NCBI GenBank assembly: GCA_040758355.1
Contig: JBFLWF010000027.1
Coordinates: 1 to 29,720 of the forward strand
From: Nitrospirota bacterium
Lineage (GTDB): Bacteria > Nitrospirota > Thermodesulfovibrionia > Thermodesulfovibrionales > Dissulfurispiraceae
Direction of reading: 5' to 3'
Length of the DNA stretch: 29,720 nucleotides
A program made the translations under genes and the position numbers. The notes beneath the pieces are model-generated. The model saw only the letters and a program-made list of their open reading frames with translations. It made no database searches and was not told the DNA's origin. Shown here in pieces: positions 17,329 to 26,217 of the stretch. Positions within the stretch are counted from its first letter, which is position 1. Every line of letters starts with the position of its first letter.

Positions 17329-17517
17329 AATCCAGTGATAAGGATGGGTCCCTGAAGTGAATAGCGATGTTTTGGTAACAGTTCTTTGCGACTGGAGCGT
17401 TAAACAGCCGCAAGTGTTTGAACCCGAAGGGTGAGTTTTGCGGCTGTAGCGTAAGGAGCATTAGAACTGTCAAAACAGAGCTTCTGAACGAAAGAGACTT
17501 ATCCTTATTGCTGGATT
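17329..17517 (+). other. 189-nt nested palindrome (MITE/REP-like element or structured RNA) upstream of argG
   Basis: 25-nt outer arms AATCCAGTGATAAGGATGGGTCCCT / AGAGACTTATCCTTATTGCTGGATT (20 Watson-Crick, 4 G-T, 1 mismatch). Inner stems TGTTTTG/CAAAACA, ACAGTTCT/AGAACTGT, ACAGCCGCAA/TTGCGGCTGT; apex ACCC-GAA-GGGT. Confidence 0.8.
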
Positions 17518-17545
17518 ACAGATGAACTAAACTTGGAGGAATGAG

Positions 17546-18739
17546 ATGGCAAAGAAGGTTGTACTGGCATATTCAGGCGGTCTTGATACATCCATTGTTA
17601 TAAAATGGCTTATAGAGACATATAATGCAGAGGTCATAGCCTTCTGTGCAGACCTCGGTCAGGGTGAGGATTTGAACGCCGTAAAAGAAAAGGCCATTAA
17701 TACGGGGGCTTCAAAGGCTTATGTGGAGGACTTAAGGGAGGAGTTTGTAAGGAATTACATATTCCCGATGCTCAGGGCAAATGCCATCTACGAAGGCACT
17801 TATATGCTCGGCACATCCATAGCAAGACCGCTCATAGCAAAAAAGCAGATCGACATAGCAATAAAAGAAAACGCAGATGCCGTAGCACACGGAGCAACAG
17901 GCAAAGGTAATGATCAGGTAAGGTTTGAGCTCACATATTATGCCCTTAAGCCGGATATAACGGTCATATCTCCATGGCGCGAATGGTCTTTCGATTCAAG
18001 GCAGTCGCTGATAGAATATGCTGAAAAGCACGGAATACCTGTGCCTGCCACAAAGGAAAAACCCTACAGCACAGACAGAAATATCTTCCACATCAGTTAC
18101 GAAGGTGGAATACTGGAAGACCCTTGGTCAGAACCGCCGATAGATATGTACACCATGATGGCATCTCCTGAAAAAGCGCCTGATAAGCATATATATATAG
18201 ACATTCATTATGAAAAAGGGAATCCGGTAGGCATAAATGGAGAATTCCTTTCGCCTGTCGATCTTTTTGAAAGACTCAACAAACTCGCAGGAGACAACGG
18301 CATCGGAAGAATAGACATAGTGGAAAACAGATATGTGGGAATTAAATCAAGGGGTGTTTATGAGACGCCTGCAGGCACTGTCCTTCATATAGCCCACAGG
18401 GCACTGGAATCCATCACACTTGACAGGGAGGTCTTGCATCTCAGGGACTCGCTCATTCCAAAATATGCAGAACTAATTTATTACGGCTACTGGTTTTCAC
18501 CAGAAAGGGAAATGCTCCAGACAGCAATAGATTCCATTCAAAAAAATGTTACCGGCACGGTAAGGTTAAAGCTATATAAAGGAAACTGCATTGTTGTAGG
18601 CAGGAAATCCCCGAAATCGCTCTATCATCCCGAACTGGCAACCTTTGAGGCAGAAAAGGTATACAACCAGAAGGATGCGGAAGGATTTATCAAGCTGAAT
18701 GCGCTGCGGCTGAAGGTGAAAAAGATTCTCGAAAGTTAA
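17546..18739 (+). CDS. argG: Argininosuccinate synthase
   Basis: [51 protein letters not shown]. Confidence 0.97.
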   Translation: MAKKVVLAYSGGLDTSIVIKWLIETYNAEVIAFCADLGQGEDLNAVKEKAINTGASKAYVEDLREEFVRNYIFPMLRANAIYEGTYMLGTSIARPLIAKKQIDIAIKENADAVAHGATGKGNDQVRFELTYYALKPDITVISPWREWSFDSRQSLIEYAEKHGIPVPATKEKPYSTDRNIFHISYEGGILEDPWSEPPIDMYTMMASPEKAPDKHIYIDIHYEKGNPVGINGEFLSPVDLFERLNKLAGDNGIGRIDIVENRYVGIKSRGVYETPAGTVLHIAHRALESITLDREVLHLRDSLIPKYAELIYYGYWFSPEREMLQTAIDSIQKNVTGTVRLKLYKGNCIVVGRKSPKSLYHPELATFEAEKVYNQKDAEGFIKLNALRLKVKKILES

Positions 18740-18746
18740 AAGTCAA

Positions 18747-19868
18747 ATGTCATGTGATGATCTTAAATATTGGCTTGCCCTAACCCTTATAAAAGACATC
18801 GGCCCGGTAACGGCAAAACGGCTGCTTTCCGCTTTCCGGACGCCCAAAAGAGTATTCGAGGCAAGCCCAAATGAGCTAAAAGACGTGGAGGGAATAAACG
18901 GCTCTAAGATAAATGGCATCTCTGAATTCAACTCATGGGATGAGGTCGAAAAAGAGATCGATGAGATCAACGGGCATAATGTCAGAATAATCAGATATAC
19001 CGATGAGGAATATCCAGAAAGCCTGAGATATATTGACGACTCGCCTGTAATACTTTATGTCAGGGGCAGCTTTATAAAAAAAGATAAATATGCAGTTGCG
19101 ATAGTAGGCTCGCGCAATATGACGCCTTACGGAAAAAAAATTACAGAAACAATTGCATCTGAGCTCGCTTTATGCGGCATTACCATAGTAAGCGGAATGG
19201 CACGCGGCATAGACGCAATATCACACAAAAGCGCATTAAAGGCAAATGGCAGGAGCATAGCAGTGCTTGGCTCGGGTCTTGACAACCCCTATCCTCCTGA
19301 AAACAAGGGGTTGTTTGATGAGTTGTCGGAGAAGGGATGCGTTATAAGCGAATTCCCTATGGGAACTCCTCCAAACAAAGAAAACTTTCCGCAAAGAAAC
19401 AGGCTGATAAGCGGGCTTTCCCTCGGGGTGCTCGTTGTCGAGGCTGCAGCAAGGAGCGGCTCTCTCATAACTGCAGGCTGTGCGTTAGATCAGGGGAAGG
19501 ATGTATTTGCCGTACCGGGAAGCATAACCTCGGCAAATTCCGAGGGCACGCATGAACTTATCAAAAAGGGCGCAAAATTAGTGCAAAAGGCTGAGGACAT
19601 ACTCGAAGACATAGCGCCCCACCTTAAAGGTCTTAGAGGCTCTGAGGGGGCTCGTGGGGGAGATGTAATCTCCCCCACGGTCAATGGACTTGAAATAAAC
19701 GATGAAGAAAAGGCAATATGTAATATTTTAGGCAGCGAGCCAAAGCATATAGACATAATTTCAAGAGAAGCAGGAATGCAGGCCGGAAGAGTACTGGGAA
19801 TACTGCTCGGCCTCGAAATAAAGGGCATAGTGAAACAATCCGAAGGCAAGAGATTTTATATATTGTAG
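18747..19868 (+). CDS. dprA: DNA-processing protein DprA
   Basis: VAIVGSR, IVSGMARGIDA, AVLGSG, FPQRNRLISGLS, VVEAAARSGSLITA, VFAVPG; C-terminal winged helix. Confidence 0.96.
   Translation: MSCDDLKYWLALTLIKDIGPVTAKRLLSAFRTPKRVFEASPNELKDVEGINGSKINGISEFNSWDEVEKEIDEINGHNVRIIRYTDEEYPESLRYIDDSPVILYVRGSFIKKDKYAVAIVGSRNMTPYGKKITETIASELALCGITIVSGMARGIDAISHKSALKANGRSIAVLGSGLDNPYPPENKGLFDELSEKGCVISEFPMGTPPNKENFPQRNRLISGLSLGVLVVEAAARSGSLITAGCALDQGKDVFAVPGSITSANSEGTHELIKKGAKLVQKAEDILEDIAPHLKGLRGSEGARGGDVISPTVNGLEINDEEKAICNILGSEPKHIDIISREAGMQAGRVLGILLGLEIKGIVKQSEGKRFYIL
19653..19679. repeat. Perfect 27-nt REP-like hairpin inside the dprA linker
   Basis: CGTGGGGGAGAT-GTA-ATCTCCCCCACG: 12-bp perfect stem with a GTA loop. 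Confidence 0.85.
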
Positions 19869-19878
19869 GAGGAAAAGA

Positions 19879-20163
19879 TTGGCAAAAAGATTTATAGACA
19901 TATTGCGCATGCTCGCAAAGGATCTTATAGAAAAGGGCTATGATGCGGATGACGCACTGAAAAAGATCAGCGTCTTCGACATAGATTTTCTAACGGTAAA
20001 GGAAGAGCTTTTGACCCTCGAGTTGTCGCAGTACATAGATGATGCAGAACTGGACACCATAAGGGCGCTTCTTTCGTATGTCCTGATGAAGGAAACGGAA
20101 CTTGATACCGAAGAGATATACGCCTTCATATTCGGAAGGGGAAGACAGATAACATGGAACTAA
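19879..20163 (+). CDS. Small acidic protein, possibly Smg/DUF494-like
   Basis: AGGAGG Shine-Dalgarno and TTG start; occupies the smg position between dprA and topA. The family call rests on synteny only. Confidence 0.55.
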   Translation: MAKRFIDILRMLAKDLIEKGYDADDALKKISVFDIDFLTVKEELLTLELSQYIDDAELDTIRALLSYVLMKETELDTEEIYAFIFGRGRQITWN

Positions 20164-20179
20164 TGGAGGACTTGAGAAA

Positions 20180-22486
20180 TTGAAATCCCTTGTTATAGTA
20201 GAGTCGCCTGCAAAGGCAAAGACCATCAATAAAATACTGGGCAAAGAGTTCGGCGTTAAGGCATCCATCGGCCATGTAAAGGACCTTCCCAAAAAAAAGC
20301 TTGGAGTGGATGTCGACAAAAATTTCGAGCCATATTATGAAATCATTCCGGGCAAGGAGAAGGTAATAAAGGAACTGAAAAGCGAGGCGAAAAAGGCAGA
20401 AAAGATTTACATAGCAACAGACCCCGACAGGGAGGGAGAGGCCATCGCGTATCATATAGCAGAAGAAGTAAAGCCGCCCAAGAATTCCAAAAAGATTTAT
20501 CGGGTTACATTCCATGAAATAACAGAGCGTGCTGTAAAAGAGGCTATACAGAATCCCGGCGAAATTGACATTAATAAGGTCGAGGCGCAACAGGCCCGCA
20601 GAATCCTCGACAGGCTTGTGGGCTATAACCTCAGCCCGTTTCTCTGGAGAAAGGTCAGAAGGGGATTAAGCGCAGGAAGGGTTCAGTCCGTTGCAGTAAA
20701 GCTTATAGTAGACAGAGAAAGGGAAATCGAGTCATTCAACAAAGAGGAATACTGGACAATAGAGGCCCTTTTGTCTCCTAAAACAGAGGGGGCACAATTT
20801 TGGGCAAGACTCTACAAATACAACGACTCCCTTGTCATCAACCGTGATGCCGAAGAGGGAAAGCGTTTTCTCATTACCAACGCAGAGGCCGCACAGCAGA
20901 TTGCGGATGAAATTAAGGACAAGGAATTTTATCTCTCTAAAATAGATAAAAAACTCAGGAAGAGGTCACCCTCTCCACCCTTTATTACAAGTACATTGCA
21001 GCAGGAGGCGGCAAGGAGGCTGAGATTCCCTGCAAAAAAGACCATGATGATAGCACAGCAGCTTTACGAAGGAATAGAGCTTGGAGAAGAAGGCTCTGTG
21101 GGCTTGATTACATATATGAGGACAGACTCCTTCCGCATAGCTCCTGAGGCACAGGAATGGGCAAGGGACTTGATAGAGAAAAAATTCGGAAAGGATTACA
21201 TCCCTGAAAAACCGCCCCATTACAAAAGCAAGGGGAGCGCACAGGAAGCCCACGAAGCAATAAGGCCGACATATCCGGACAAATCTCCGGAGGCTGTAAA
21301 AAAGTTTTTATCCAAAGACCAGTATAACCTTTATACCCTTATATGGAACAGGTTCATCGCAAGCCAGATGGCCCCAGCGCAACTGGAGCAGACGACGTAT
21401 ATTATAGAGTTAAGAGAGGGGGCCAAAGGTACAGAACTCAGGGCATCGGGTACTGTTATCAGATTTCCGGGATTTATGGCATTGTACACGGAAAGCAAAG
21501 ACGAAATAGAGGAAGAAGAAGGCGGAATCCTGCCTTCCATGAAGGAGAATGACATCCTCAAACAACAGGAGATAAAGCCGGTACAGCATTTCACGCAGCC
21601 TCCGCCGAGATATACAGAGGCTACTCTTGTAAAGGCCCTTGAGGAAAAGGGCATCGGAAGACCGAGCACTTATGCAGCAATACTGTCCACAATTCAGGAC
21701 AGAAAATATGTGGAAAAAAATGAGGACAGGCGTTTTATGCCTACAGAACTCGGAATTGTTGTGAACGACCTTCTTGTTGAGAAATTTCCTGAACTGATAG
21801 ACATAGGATTTACTGCAAAGATGGAAGACGAACTCGATGAAATTGAGAATGCAAAGATGAAGTGGGTCAAGGTAGTTAAAGATTTTTACAAACCCTTCAG
21901 CCGTGATCTGTCAGAGGCATCAAAAGACAAAGGAAAAGTAAAACCACAGGATATCCCAACAGAAGAGGTTTGCGAAAAATGCGGTTCCCCAATGGCCATA
22001 AAATGGGGAAGGCATGGAAGGTTCCTTGCATGTACAGGCTATCCTCAGTGCAAAAACACAAGACCATTGGAAGGCGGCAACGGCAAACAGGTCGCAGAGC
22101 AGACCGTGACAGAGGAGATATGCGAAAAATGCGGCGCTCCAATGGTCATAAAGAGCGGGAGATTCGGGAAGTTCCTTGCGTGTTCAAAATACCCTGAATG
22201 TAAAAATACAAAGCCTATTTCGACAGGGGTAAAATGTCCTCTGGATGGCGGAGACATTGTGGAGAGAAGGTCGAAGAGAGGAAAGGCATTCTGGAGCTGC
22301 AGCAATTATCCGGAATGCAAGTTTGCGATGTGGTATAAGCCTGTGCCAAAACAATGCCCAAAATGCAGTGCATCATTCCTTGTCGAAAAGTGGAACAAGG
22401 CCGGAGAGGTGTTTCATGTCTGCCTGAATAAAGGCTGCGATTACAAAGAAGAGATAAAAAAAGAGGAGACGGCAAGCGAAGCATAA
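20180..22486 (+). CDS. topA: DNA topoisomerase I with C-terminal Zn ribbons
   Basis: LVIVESPAKAKTI, ATDPDREGEAI, SAGRVQS, LITYMRTDS (catalytic Tyr), AQEAHEAIRPT, GIGRPSTY, repeated C4 ribbons. Confidence 0.97.
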   Translation: MKSLVIVESPAKAKTINKILGKEFGVKASIGHVKDLPKKKLGVDVDKNFEPYYEIIPGKEKVIKELKSEAKKAEKIYIATDPDREGEAIAYHIAEEVKPPKNSKKIYRVTFHEITERAVKEAIQNPGEIDINKVEAQQARRILDRLVGYNLSPFLWRKVRRGLSAGRVQSVAVKLIVDREREIESFNKEEYWTIEALLSPKTEGAQFWARLYKYNDSLVINRDAEEGKRFLITNAEAAQQIADEIKDKEFYLSKIDKKLRKRSPSPPFITSTLQQEAARRLRFPAKKTMMIAQQLYEGIELGEEGSVGLITYMRTDSFRIAPEAQEWARDLIEKKFGKDYIPEKPPHYKSKGSAQEAHEAIRPTYPDKSPEAVKKFLSKDQYNLYTLIWNRFIASQMAPAQLEQTTYIIELREGAKGTELRASGTVIRFPGFMALYTESKDEIEEEEGGILPSMKENDILKQQEIKPVQHFTQPPPRYTEATLVKALEEKGIGRPSTYAAILSTIQDRKYVEKNEDRRFMPTELGIVVNDLLVEKFPELIDIGFTAKMEDELDEIENAKMKWVKVVKDFYKPFSRDLSEASKDKGKVKPQDIPTEEVCEKCGSPMAIKWGRHGRFLACTGYPQCKNTRPLEGGNGKQVAEQTVTEEICEKCGAPMVIKSGRFGKFLACSKYPECKNTKPISTGVKCPLDGGDIVERRSKRGKAFWSCSNYPECKFAMWYKPVPKQCPKCSASFLVEKWNKAGEVFHVCLNKGCDYKEEIKKEETASEA

Positions 22487-22489
22487 TAC

Positions 22490-23185
22490 ATGAAGCAACC
22501 CTTTCTTATCGGCATTGGAGGCGCCCACAGCGGTGCAGGCAAGACAACCATAGCAGTTGCAATTTTAAAATATCTGAAAACCCATCCACCCATCTACCCA
22601 TTCACCCACTCACCAAAAATCGGAGCCATAAAATACACAAAGACAGCCTTTTATTCATCCATCATAGACGACAAAAGTATTCTCAGCCAGGAAGACAAAG
22701 ACACCAAAAGGCTACTTGATGCAGGAGCAGAAGAAGTTTTATGGGTTCAATCGCCTGCAAATGAGATCAATGAAGTCCTGCCAATGGCAATTGACAGGCT
22801 CTCCCATCTCGACGGCATAATCATTGAGGGCAATAGCGCAATTGAGTTTTTAAAGCCGGATGTTGTAGTATTTATAGCTGATGTTTCTAAGGAGAATATT
22901 AAGCCCTCAGCCCGGAGAATACTGAAACAAGCTGACATTGTTATTGAAAAAGGGTCGTCGCATTACTCGTCAAAAAACATACATGAATTGATACACTGCA
23001 TAGAGATGACAGCGAAGAAAAAAGAAATCGAAAATATTTTAAAGACACGGTCTGCCGAAGGCAGGATTACATGCAGCGATGCAAGGACAATCGCCGAAGA
23101 ACTGGGGGTTCCTTACAAAGAAGTCGGCAAGACTGCCAATGAACTGAAAATAAAAATAAAGAATTGTGAGCTCGGCTGCTTCTGA
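22490..23185 (+). CDS. MobB-like P-loop protein fused to a C-terminal Cys-containing (C...CELGCF) domain
   Basis: GGAHSGAGKTT Walker A, KDTKRLLDAGAEEVLW, IIEGNS; tail EGRITC...KIKNCELGCF. Confidence 0.7.
   Translation: MKQPFLIGIGGAHSGAGKTTIAVAILKYLKTHPPIYPFTHSPKIGAIKYTKTAFYSSIIDDKSILSQEDKDTKRLLDAGAEEVLWVQSPANEINEVLPMAIDRLSHLDGIIIEGNSAIEFLKPDVVVFIADVSKENIKPSARRILKQADIVIEKGSSHYSSKNIHELIHCIEMTAKKKEIENILKTRSAEGRITCSDARTIAEELGVPYKEVGKTANELKIKIKNCELGCF
22580..22614 (+). repeat. In-frame 8-nt tandem repeat (ACCCATYC-like, 4 units)
   Basis: ACCCATCC ACCCATCT ACCCATTC ACCCACTC ACC, encoding THPPIYPFTHSP. Confidence 0.9.
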
Positions 23186-24000
23186 TGGGTACTGTACTTT
23201 TTGAATTGGCCCTTACCTTTTATTTCGCTGCAACAATTATAAGCATCGTCGACATATTCAAGGGCGGGAAGGAATCATCGAAGCTGATGATCTTCGCCAC
23301 CGGAGCCGGATTCGCAATCCACTCAATAAGCATAATCTACAGATACATAGCAGTAGGCCACCTTCCGATAACGAGCATGCATGAGGCATCGTCCTTCTTT
23401 GCATGGTGTATTGTCCTTATATTTTTCTTCCTCGAATACAGGTATAAAATCGGCATAATGGGCTCGTTCATCCTGCCCATAGTCTTCATACTTATGCTTT
23501 CTTCATCAGTCTTTCCGAGGGAAATCCGCCCGCTTACGCCGGTGCTCCAGAGCTACTGGCTTCCTGTACACACATTCCTGGCATTCTTAGGGAATGCGGC
23601 ATTTGCAGTGGCATGCGGCATCGGGATAATGTATCTGATTCAGGAGCATTATCTGAAATCAAAGCATCTCGGCGATCTCTTCAAGAGACTTCCGAGCATT
23701 CAGGTTCTCGACGAGATAAACTACAGGCTTATTACCATCGGATTCCCTCTCCTTACCCTTGCCATAATTACAGGAGCGCTATGGGCAGAAAGCGCATGGG
23801 GCAGCTACTGGAGATGGGACCCCAAAGAGGTCTGGTCGCTCATAACATGGTTTATCTATGCCCTTGTCCTTCACGTCAGGCTCACTGCAGGCTGGAGGGG
23901 AAAGAGGGCAGCCATTTTGTCCATAATCGGATTTCTGGCGATACTTTTTACATTCTTTGGCGTTAATCTACTTTTAAAGAGTCTGCATGCATTCTCATGA
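23185..24000 (+). CDS. ccsA: Cytochrome c biogenesis protein CcsA/CcsB (system II, HemX position)
   Basis: Multiple transmembrane helices, LQSYWLPVH, WWD domain GALWAESAWGSYWRWDPKEVW, terminal LHAF. Confidence 0.92.
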   Translation: MGTVLFELALTFYFAATIISIVDIFKGGKESSKLMIFATGAGFAIHSISIIYRYIAVGHLPITSMHEASSFFAWCIVLIFFFLEYRYKIGIMGSFILPIVFILMLSSSVFPREIRPLTPVLQSYWLPVHTFLAFLGNAAFAVACGIGIMYLIQEHYLKSKHLGDLFKRLPSIQVLDEINYRLITIGFPLLTLAIITGALWAESAWGSYWRWDPKEVWSLITWFIYALVLHVRLTAGWRGKRAAILSIIGFLAILFTFFGVNLLLKSLHAFS

Positions 24001-25271
24001 AAATTCTCATTATAGGACTGAATCATAAGACAGCTAATGTTGAAACGAGAGAAAGGCTTGCCTTTAATGGGCCCAAGCTTGAAGAAGGAGTTTTTGGCCT
24101 AAAAAAAATACCCGAGGTAAAAGAGGTTGCAGTACTGTCAACATGCAACAGGGTGGAACTGTATACCTGTGTGAGCAACACGGCTTCAGCAGCAGAGAAT
24201 ATTAAGAACTTCCTTTCCGGATTTCATAATGTAGCAAGAAGCGATTTCGAGAAATCCCTTTACATTCACACCGATACCGATGCCATAAAACATATATTAA
24301 GGGTTGGCTCAAGCCTCGATTCCATGGTTGTGGGAGAGCCACAGATCCTTGGCCAGCTTAAGGATGCATTCGACTTTGCCCTCAGCAAAAAGACAACCGG
24401 TATTCTTCTGAATAAGTTAATGAAAAAGGCCATATCCACTGCAAAGAGGGTGAGGACAGAGACGAGGATTGCCGAGAATGCAGTCTCCATAAGCTTTGCA
24501 GCAGTGGAGCTCGCAAAGAAGATATTCACAGACCTTTCTGGAAAATCATTCATGCTATTAGGTGCAGGAGAGATGGCAGAGCTTGCAGCACGCCACCTCG
24601 TAAACAACGGCGTTACGGATGTGAAGGTGGCAAACAGGACATACGAGCGCGGATGCGAACTGGCAAAAGAATTTAACGGAAAAGCGGTAAAATTTGAAGA
24701 ATTCTTAAATGAATTGATACACACCGACATAGTCATCTGTTCAACAGGCGCATCGACCTATGTCCTTTTAAAGGATCATATGCAAAAGGTAATGAAGGAA
24801 AGGAAGCACATGCCGGTATTCATTATCGATATTTCTGTGCCGAGGAACATAGACCCGGAGATAAATAAAATAGACAACGTATACCTCTATGACGTGGATG
24901 ACCTTCAGGATGTAGTGGACACCAATATCCTCGAGAGAAAAAAAGAGGCTGAGAAGGCAGAAGATATAATAGAGGAGGAGGTCGAGAAATTTACAAAATG
25001 GATGTCATCCCTCGATTCGGTGCCGACTATTGTGGCTTTAAGACAGAAGGCAGAAGAGATCAAAAATGAAGAAATGGAGAAATTCAAGAATAAATTCCCT
25101 GAAATCGATGCGGAAAAGATGAAGGCACTGGAATACATGGCAACAGCTATAATCAACAAGCTCATACACCCGCCCACTGTTGCACTCAAAGAGGATACAG
25201 AAGACAGGGACGAATTGATAGCCATGATAAAAAAATTGTATGGGATAAATGGAGATGAAAATGAAGAATAA
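23997..25271 (+). CDS. hemA: Glutamyl-tRNA reductase
   Basis: [44 protein letters not shown]. Confidence 0.97.
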   Translation: MKILIIGLNHKTANVETRERLAFNGPKLEEGVFGLKKIPEVKEVAVLSTCNRVELYTCVSNTASAAENIKNFLSGFHNVARSDFEKSLYIHTDTDAIKHILRVGSSLDSMVVGEPQILGQLKDAFDFALSKKTTGILLNKLMKKAISTAKRVRTETRIAENAVSISFAAVELAKKIFTDLSGKSFMLLGAGEMAELAARHLVNNGVTDVKVANRTYERGCELAKEFNGKAVKFEEFLNELIHTDIVICSTGASTYVLLKDHMQKVMKERKHMPVFIIDISVPRNIDPEINKIDNVYLYDVDDLQDVVDTNILERKKEAEKAEDIIEEEVEKFTKWMSSLDSVPTIVALRQKAEEIKNEEMEKFKNKFPEIDAEKMKALEYMATAIINKLIHPPTVALKEDTEDRDELIAMIKKLYGINGDENEE

Positions 25272-26217
25272 AATCGTTATAGGCACTCGTGGCAGCAAAC
25301 TCGCGCTCTGGCAGGCTGAATGGATTAAGTCTGAACTAAAAAAATTAAATCCCGACTTAGAGATTGAACTTAATAAAATTAAGACCACTGGCGACAAGAT
25401 TCTGGATGTGCCACTGGCAAAAGTAGGCGGGAAAGGGCTTTTCGTAAAGGAGATTGAAGAAGCACTCTTAAAAGGCGAGGCGGATATAGCTGTCCACAGT
25501 ATGAAGGATGTGCCAACAGATTTTCCTGAAGGATTACATCTCGCAGTAATAACAAAAAGAGAAGACCCGAGGGATGCATTTATAACAGCAGTTAGCAGTC
25601 AGCAGTCAGCAAGCAGTCAACAAATAAAGAGCTTTAAAGACTTACCTCAGGGTGCAACTATCGGCACAAGCAGTCTCAGGCGCTCATGTCAGTTGCTCAG
25701 CATAAGGCCTGATTTAAAGATAGAGCAACTCCGTGGAAATCTCGATACAAGACTGAGAAAACTTGACGAGGGTCAGTTCGATGCAATAATCCTCGCTGCT
25801 GCGGGTGTTAAAAGGCTCGGATGGTCGGAGAGGATTACAGAGATCCTTCCTCCTGAGATAAGCCTTCCTGCCATAGGTCAAGGAGCGGTCGGGATCGAAT
25901 GCAGAGTTGATGACGAATTCATAAACAATCTGATTTCACAACTGAATCACAATGAAACCTCGGTATGCGTAAGAGCAGAAAGGGCATTTCTAAAGAAACT
26001 CGAAGGCGGATGTCAGGTGCCAATCGCAGCATATGCAAGATTGATCGATGGCAGAGTTGTAATGGACGGGCTTGTAGGAAGCGTTTCAGGAGACAGGATT
26101 GTAAAAGGCCGGATAGAAGGCACACCGAATGATGCAGAAAACCTCGGAATCAGGCTGGCAGAAGACCTCCTTTCAAGAGGTGCAAAAGAGATACTGGACG
26201 AGGTCTACGGCAGGTGA
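25261..26217 (+). CDS. hemC: Hydroxymethylbilane synthase (porphobilinogen deaminase)
   Basis: [50 protein letters not shown]. Start could also be 25249 or 25255. Confidence 0.97.
   Translation: MKNKIVIGTRGSKLALWQAEWIKSELKKLNPDLEIELNKIKTTGDKILDVPLAKVGGKGLFVKEIEEALLKGEADIAVHSMKDVPTDFPEGLHLAVITKREDPRDAFITAVSSQQSASSQQIKSFKDLPQGATIGTSSLRRSCQLLSIRPDLKIEQLRGNLDTRLRKLDEGQFDAIILAAAGVKRLGWSERITEILPPEISLPAIGQGAVGIECRVDDEFINNLISQLNHNETSVCVRAERAFLKKLEGGCQVPIAAYARLIDGRVVMDGLVGSVSGDRIVKGRIEGTPNDAENLGIRLAEDLLSRGAKEILDEVYGR
25587..25622 (+). repeat. In-frame 7-nt tandem repeat (AGCAGTC) in hemC
   Basis: AGCAGTT AGCAGTC AGCAGTC AGCA AGCAGTC AACA, encoding [12 protein letters not shown]. Confidence 0.92.

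Noticed and set aside
17276..17473. 65-aa minus-strand ORF, plus the 9147..9476 and 13778..14056 ORFs
   Set aside because: They run through palindromic or AT-rich intergenic DNA with no clear ribosome-binding site and no recognisable domain.
25587..25622. Phase variation of hemC or hemD via the heptamer repeats
   Set aside because: Single-unit changes would frameshift heme synthesis genes, and the arrays are short and partly degenerate; they are more likely tolerated inserts than switches.
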